Assembly (NCBI GenBank): GCA_030637925.1
Contig: DAOWFR010000080.1
Span: 1-8,548 of the forward strand
Length of the DNA stretch: 8,548 bases
From: Methanobacteriota archaeon
Lineage (GTDB): Archaea; Nanobdellota; Nanobdellia; Woesearchaeales; SM23-78
Direction of reading: 5' to 3'
Position numbers and translations under genes: made by a program. The notes under the pieces were generated by a model. That model did no database searches. It was not told the DNA's origin and was given only the letters and a program-made list of their open reading frames with translations. Of the stretch, positions 5,233 to 8,548 are shown in pieces. The stretch's first letter is position 1. Each line of letters opens with the position of its first letter.

Positions 5233-7572
5233 ATGTTTTTTAAGTTGAGGCAGAATCAGGTTTACTCTGTTATTTTGTTCTTGTTTTTTTTGTCTGGTGT
5301 TTCTGCTTTGGTTTATGAGATTGTTTGGGTTAAGTGGTTTGGTTATGTTTTTGGTGTTACTATTTATGCTGTTACTACTGTTGTTGCTGCTTTTATGGGT
5401 GGTTTGGCTCTTGGTAGTTTTTTGTTTGGTAGGTATGTTGATAGGCAGAGGAATCCTTTGAGGATTTATATTTTATTGGAGTTGGGTATTGCTTTGTATG
5501 CTGTTTCTTTTCCTTTGATTATTAAGAAGGTTAATTTGTTGTACATAGTTTTAAGTAAATACTTGGGTTTTTCTGTTTTTGTTCATAGTGTTGGTATGTT
5601 TGTGTTGGGTTTTATTTTGTTGTTGATTCCTACTGTTTTTATGGGTGGTACTTTGCCTGTTTTGACTAGGTTTATTGTTAGGAAGGTGGAGAGGGTTGGT
5701 GAGAGTGTTGGTGATTTGTATTCTTTGAATACTTTTGGTGGTGCTGTTGGTGTTCTTGTTAGTGCTTTTGTTCTTATTCCTGTTTTGGGTCTTATTTTTA
5801 CTGCTTATGTTGCTATTTTGTTTAATTTGTTTATTGTGTTGGCTTTTGTTTTGCTTAATTATTTGGTTAAGAAGAGGGTTGTTTATAAGTCAGAGGTTGT
5901 GGTTGAAAGACAGGAGAAAAAACTTCCAACTAAGCTTTTTAGTAAATCAACCTTGTATCTTATCTTACTTGTTTTTGGTTTGTCTGGTTTTGCTAGTTTG
6001 GCTTATGAGATTTTGTGGACTAGGATGTTGATGCCTGTTTTTGGTATTCATGTTTATTCTTTTGCTACTGTATTGGCGATTTTTCTTATTGGTATTGCTG
6101 TTGGTAGTTTGATTTTTTCTAGGTTTTTGAATGATTTTTTTAGGGTTTTGGATAAGGAGAATAAGCTTCTTTTTGTTTTTGCTTTGGTGGAACTATTCAT
6201 TGGTGTTGGTGGTGTGTTGTCTGTAATCTTGTTTAATTATTTTGTGTCTGTTGGGAATACTACGCTGAGTAGGTATCTTATTGTGATTGTTCCTACTCTT
6301 TTTATGGGTATAAGTTTTCCTTTGGTGGTTAAGATTTTGGGTAGGAATATTAAGTTTTTGGGCAGGACTGTTGGTAGTGTTTATTCTGTTAATACTGTTG
6401 GTGCTATTTTGGGTACTTTTGTGGCTGGTTTTTTGCTTTTGAGGTTTTTTGGTATTCAGACTAGTGTTTTTTTGGTTGCTGTGATTAATTTTGTTTTGTG
6501 TTTGGTTATTTTGTTGTTGTGTAAGGATGTTAAGAAGGTTTTGAAGACTGTGTTGATTGTTGTGGTAGTTGTGTTTATATTCTTAACTCCTGTAATGAAT
6601 CATTATGCTAGTGAAAATGTATTTAAATATTCTGGAGCGAAATATGGACTTTTAGAAGAGATACTATATTATAAGGAAGGTGTTACTGCATCAGTTACTG
6701 TATACAGAGAAAAATACAAGGAAAATATGTATTCATTATCTATGCAAGTAAATGGTAAGACGCACGCTTCAACTATCCCGGGAGACACAGAGCATTTGAG
6801 CTTATTATCACACTTACCGCTTTTGCTTCATGAAAACCCAGAAGAAACCTTGTTTGTTGGGTTAGCAACTGGGATAAGTGCTGGTGTTGCTACGCTTTAT
6901 CCTGTGAAAACAATTGATGTGGCTGAGATTTCTCCTGAAGTTGTTGAGGCGTCAGAGTTGTTCTCTGATTTTAATTATAATCTTTCAAAGGATGCTAGGT
7001 ATAACTTGATTATTGATGATGCGAGGAACTATTTGTTAAAGACTGATAAGAAGTATGATGTGATATCTTCAGATCCAACAGATCCTTATGTTGCTGGTTC
7101 TGGAAATTTGTTTTCAAAAGATTACTTTGAACTGATTAAAAGCCGGCTTAGAAGAGGAGGAGTTGTTGCTCAATGGGTTCCGTTGTACATGATGTCTAAT
7201 GATGATTTTAAGACAGCTATTAAGACGTTTCAATCTGTTTTCCCTCATATTAATGCTTGGCTTTATGGAGGAGATATTATCCTAATAGGTTCAGATCATG
7301 AAATAAGAATTAACCAAAAGAGATTTGAGAAAGCATTTGAGGATGAGAGAATAAGAGCTGATTTTGAGAAGATTAATATAAGTAATAGTAGTATGTTACT
7401 TAGTTTCTTCTTGTTTAATGAAACAGAGGTTGAAGAGTATGTTAAAGGTGCTAGGATAAACACAGATGACGCCCCGCTCCTGGAATATAACACTCCCAAG
7501 AGCTTGCGTAAAAAAACAATTCCTGAGAACAGGAGAAGCATAGAGGAGTTCAAGAGAAGAAGCAAGAGTTAA
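5233..7572 (+). CDS. Fused polytopic membrane domain / spermidine-synthase-like (SAM-dependent methyltransferase fold) protein
   Basis: The N-terminal ~450 aa contain about 12-14 TM helices in two homologous halves, each opening with LSGxSxLxYEIxW. The C-terminal domain carries the spermidine-synthase-fold pattern LFVGLATGIS...IDVAEISPEVV...LIIDDARNYL...YDVISSDPTDP...LF...GGV. This matches proteins commonly annotated as 'fused MFS/spermidine synthase'. Confidence 0.85.
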   Translation: MFFKLRQNQVYSVILFLFFLSGVSALVYEIVWVKWFGYVFGVTIYAVTTVVAAFMGGLALGSFLFGRYVDRQRNPLRIYILLELGIALYAVSFPLIIKKVNLLYIVLSKYLGFSVFVHSVGMFVLGFILLLIPTVFMGGTLPVLTRFIVRKVERVGESVGDLYSLNTFGGAVGVLVSAFVLIPVLGLIFTAYVAILFNLFIVLAFVLLNYLVKKRVVYKSEVVVERQEKKLPTKLFSKSTLYLILLVFGLSGFASLAYEILWTRMLMPVFGIHVYSFATVLAIFLIGIAVGSLIFSRFLNDFFRVLDKENKLLFVFALVELFIGVGGVLSVILFNYFVSVGNTTLSRYLIVIVPTLFMGISFPLVVKILGRNIKFLGRTVGSVYSVNTVGAILGTFVAGFLLLRFFGIQTSVFLVAVINFVLCLVILLLCKDVKKVLKTVLIVVVVVFIFLTPVMNHYASENVFKYSGAKYGLLEEILYYKEGVTASVTVYREKYKENMYSLSMQVNGKTHASTIPGDTEHLSLLSHLPLLLHENPEETLFVGLATGISAGVATLYPVKTIDVAEISPEVVEASELFSDFNYNLSKDARYNLIIDDARNYLLKTDKKYDVISSDPTDPYVAGSGNLFSKDYFELIKSRLRRGGVVAQWVPLYMMSNDDFKTAIKTFQSVFPHINAWLYGGDIILIGSDHEIRINQKRFEKAFEDERIRADFEKINISNSSMLLSFFLFNETEVEEYVKGARINTDDAPLLEYNTPKSLRKKTIPENRRSIEEFKRRSKS

Positions 7573-7581
7573 CATTTGTAC

Positions 7582-7635
7582 CCCCAAAAGAAAAAAAAGA
7601 GAGCAAGAGAAGTGGTGGGGAAGATATTCTCCTGA
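7582..7635 (+). pseudogene. Right copy of the direct repeat: an orphan 3'-end fragment of a DUF54-like gene (17 codons plus TGA)
   Basis: It translates to PQKKKKRAREVVGKIFS*, with 12/17 residues identical to the C-terminus of the 4705-5148 gene. It has its own in-frame stop and no upstream gene body. It begins 10 nt after the TAA of the 779-aa gene. Confidence 0.6.
7586..7599 (-). terminator. Oligo-T run, candidate archaeal terminator for the 7641-8039 gene
   Basis: The minus strand reads CTTTTTTTTCTTTT, about 42-55 nt downstream of the minus-strand stop at 7641-7643. Archaeal termination commonly uses oligo-T tracts. Confidence 0.35.
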
Positions 7636-7640
7636 GCTTC

Positions 7641-8039
7641 CTAATATTGCTTAATTTCTTTTAAGATTTTATCTTCTAAAATACATTTCTCTCCAGGTTC
7701 TGGCCCGAGCACTTTTCTTTTAATAAAAGAACAATTACTGAATAACCCATACTCTAAAGTGGCTTCTGAACCGTCTTTAAATTTTACTTGGCGAATTACA
7801 ATGGGATTATAATAATGGGTCATGGCTCTCCATGGTTCTGCATATTTATACTTTTCTTTAAAACTTTCAACTTCTTTTATCTCTCCTTGCTTTATTCCAC
7901 AAGATTGCACCACTCTGTAGCCTTGCTTTCTTCCTCTTGTCAGATTACCGTATTCTCCCAGAATAAATATAGGTGTAGTGATTATTAAATAAGCCATGCC
8001 TATTGTTGCACATTCCTTGATTTTGTTTATTATGGACAT
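7641..8039 (-). CDS. Hypothetical protein with an N-terminal membrane anchor
   Basis: I prefer the internal ATG at 8039 (MSIINKIKE...) because GGAGGG (plus 8045-8050) lies 5 nt upstream. The tracked ATG at 8078 sits inside a TATA-like TTTATAT (plus 8077-8083). There is one hydrophobic helix (IGMAYLIITTPIFIL) followed by a ~100-aa soluble domain. I recognise no family. Confidence 0.65.
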   Translation of the reverse strand: MSIINKIKECATIGMAYLIITTPIFILGEYGNLTRGRKQGYRVVQSCGIKQGEIKEVESFKEKYKYAEPWRAMTHYYNPIVIRQVKFKDGSEATLEYGLFSNCSFIKRKVLGPEPGEKCILEDKILKEIKQY

Positions 8040-8140
8040 TTTTTCCCTCCTTTTTCTCTTAGATGGTATTAGTAACATATAAACCTTTGTTGTAGTATAT
8101 CACCACAACTTTTATATATGATTAAGAATCATCTCTTTCT
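8040..8140. promoter_or_regulatory. Divergent promoter/operator region between the hypothetical gene (-) and the TrmB-like gene (+)
   Basis: On the plus strand, TTTTATATA (8110-8118) is centred about 27 nt upstream of the ATG at 8141, suggesting a leaderless mRNA. On the minus strand, TTTATAT (plus 8077-8083) lies about 27 nt upstream of a short SD-containing leader. A perfect inverted repeat ATGATT-AAG-AATCAT lies at 8118-8132. An imperfect inverted repeat GTTGTAG-N7-CCACAAC lies at 8089-8109. Confidence 0.4.
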
Positions 8141-8548
8141 ATGGAAGTAAAAGAATTAATGGACATAGGCTTGACCAAGAACCAGGCAAGGGTTTATCTT
8201 GAGCTCTTAAAATCTCCTGGCCAGAACCCTGGCAGGCTTGCAAAGAAATTATCTATCGACAGGTCATTCATGTACAGCATTCTTAACAGCCTTATAAACA
8301 AGGGCTTATGCAGTTACATAGTAAAGGAAACCAAGAAATATTTTTATGCAACCAATCCTGACAACCTGTTAAAGGAAATAGAAGAAAAAAGAAGCAAGGC
8401 TGTTGGGGTTGTTGAAAAATTAAAAAAAATAAGCCAAGAACCTTCTGAGGGAGAGCTGGTCAGCTTGTATGAAGGCAAAGCAGGATTGAAAGCCTTTGTG
8501 AGGGATTTCTTGGAATCAGATTCTTTCTGCACTCTTGGGGGTGGAGGC
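8141..8548 (+). CDS. TrmB-family winged-helix transcriptional regulator, N-terminal part; the gene runs off the window end
   Basis: The ORF has no stop before the window end, so it is absent from the track. It is open for 136 codons from the ATG at 8141: MEVKELMDIGLTKNQARVYLELLKSPGQNPGRLAKKLSIDRSFMYSILNSLINKGLCSYIVKETKKYFYATNPDNLLKEIEEK... This matches the TrmB N-terminal HTH pattern (L..lGLt..Ea.vYl.Ll..G..t...la....i.R..vY..L..L..kGl......p..y.a..P..l). Confidence 0.85.
   Translation, partial: MEVKELMDIGLTKNQARVYLELLKSPGQNPGRLAKKLSIDRSFMYSILNSLINKGLCSYIVKETKKYFYATNPDNLLKEIEEKRSKAVGVVEKLKKISQEPSEGELVSLYEGKAGLKAFVRDFLESDSFCTLGGGG

Noticed and set aside
5735-6031. A 98-aa plus-strand ORF (MVVLLVFLLVLLFLFLF...) in an alternative frame inside the 779-aa gene.
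   Set aside because: It lies entirely within the A-depleted stretch, where TAA/TAG/TGA codons are rare in every plus-strand frame. It is a compositional artefact, whereas the main frame carries recognisable family motifs.
5098-7635. Calling the repeat-bracketed segment a mobile element, transposon or integrated provirus.
   Set aside because: The window contains no integrase, transposase, terminal inverted repeats or virus-like genes. The repeats are about 85% identical, so they are not a fresh target-site duplication. I report only the repeat geometry and the compositional anomaly.
8040-8078. The tracked ATG at 8078 as the start of the minus-strand hypothetical gene (MLLIPSKRKRREK...).
   Set aside because: That ATG sits within a TATA-like TTTATAT. 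The internal ATG at 8039 has a GGAGGG RBS at ideal spacing.
8-8532. Antisense or overlapping short ORFs from the track: 8-217(-), 292-612(-), 517-705(+), 640-855(-), 2472-2711(-), 2701-2889(-), 2919-3152(-), 4854-5036(-), 5011-5232(-), 7296-7565(-), 7396-7587(-), 7788-7988(+) and 8344-8532(-).
   Set aside because: Each lies within or opposite a longer ORF that has recognisable family motifs or membrane-protein character. Their sequences are low-complexity and they lack start signals, as expected for shadow ORFs in AT-rich DNA.
1-8548. CRISPR arrays, tRNA/rRNA genes, tandem repeats, and toxin-antitoxin or defence gene pairs.
   Set aside because: I saw no regularly spaced direct repeats, no second GC-rich structured island besides the SRP RNA, and no gene pair with recognisable defence-system domains.

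Overview
AT-rich, densely coding window that reads as an archaeal chromosome. Calls rest on motifs recognised by eye; no searches were run. Plus-strand genes: the 3' part of an AOR-family oxidoreductase gene, translationally linked to a ~7-TM membrane protein and a THEP1-type P-loop NTPase; an MBL-fold hydrolase; a ~5-TM protein; a DUF54-type RNA-binding protein; a 779-aa fused polytopic-membrane/spermidine-synthase-like protein; and the 5' part of a TrmB-family regulator. Minus-strand genes: an archaeal-type SRP (7S) RNA, which is the only GC-rich island; a 58-aa two-TM micro-ORF below the ORF-track cutoff; a presenilin/signal-peptide-peptidase-like protease; and a small membrane-anchored hypothetical protein. 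Several first genes have TATA-like boxes about 27 nt upstream of the ATG, which suggests leaderless mRNAs; others have GGAGG/GGTG-type ribosome-binding sites. The most unusual feature is that the 779-aa gene, with its promoter, is bracketed by two diverged direct copies of the last ~17 codons plus stop of the upstream DUF54-like gene. Its membrane-domain half is also strongly G+T-rich on the coding strand, unlike its neighbours. Together these suggest an inserted or recombined ~2.5 kb cassette. I saw no CRISPR array, transposase, integrase, tRNA or recognisable defence genes, and I cannot support a claim of a complete novel system.
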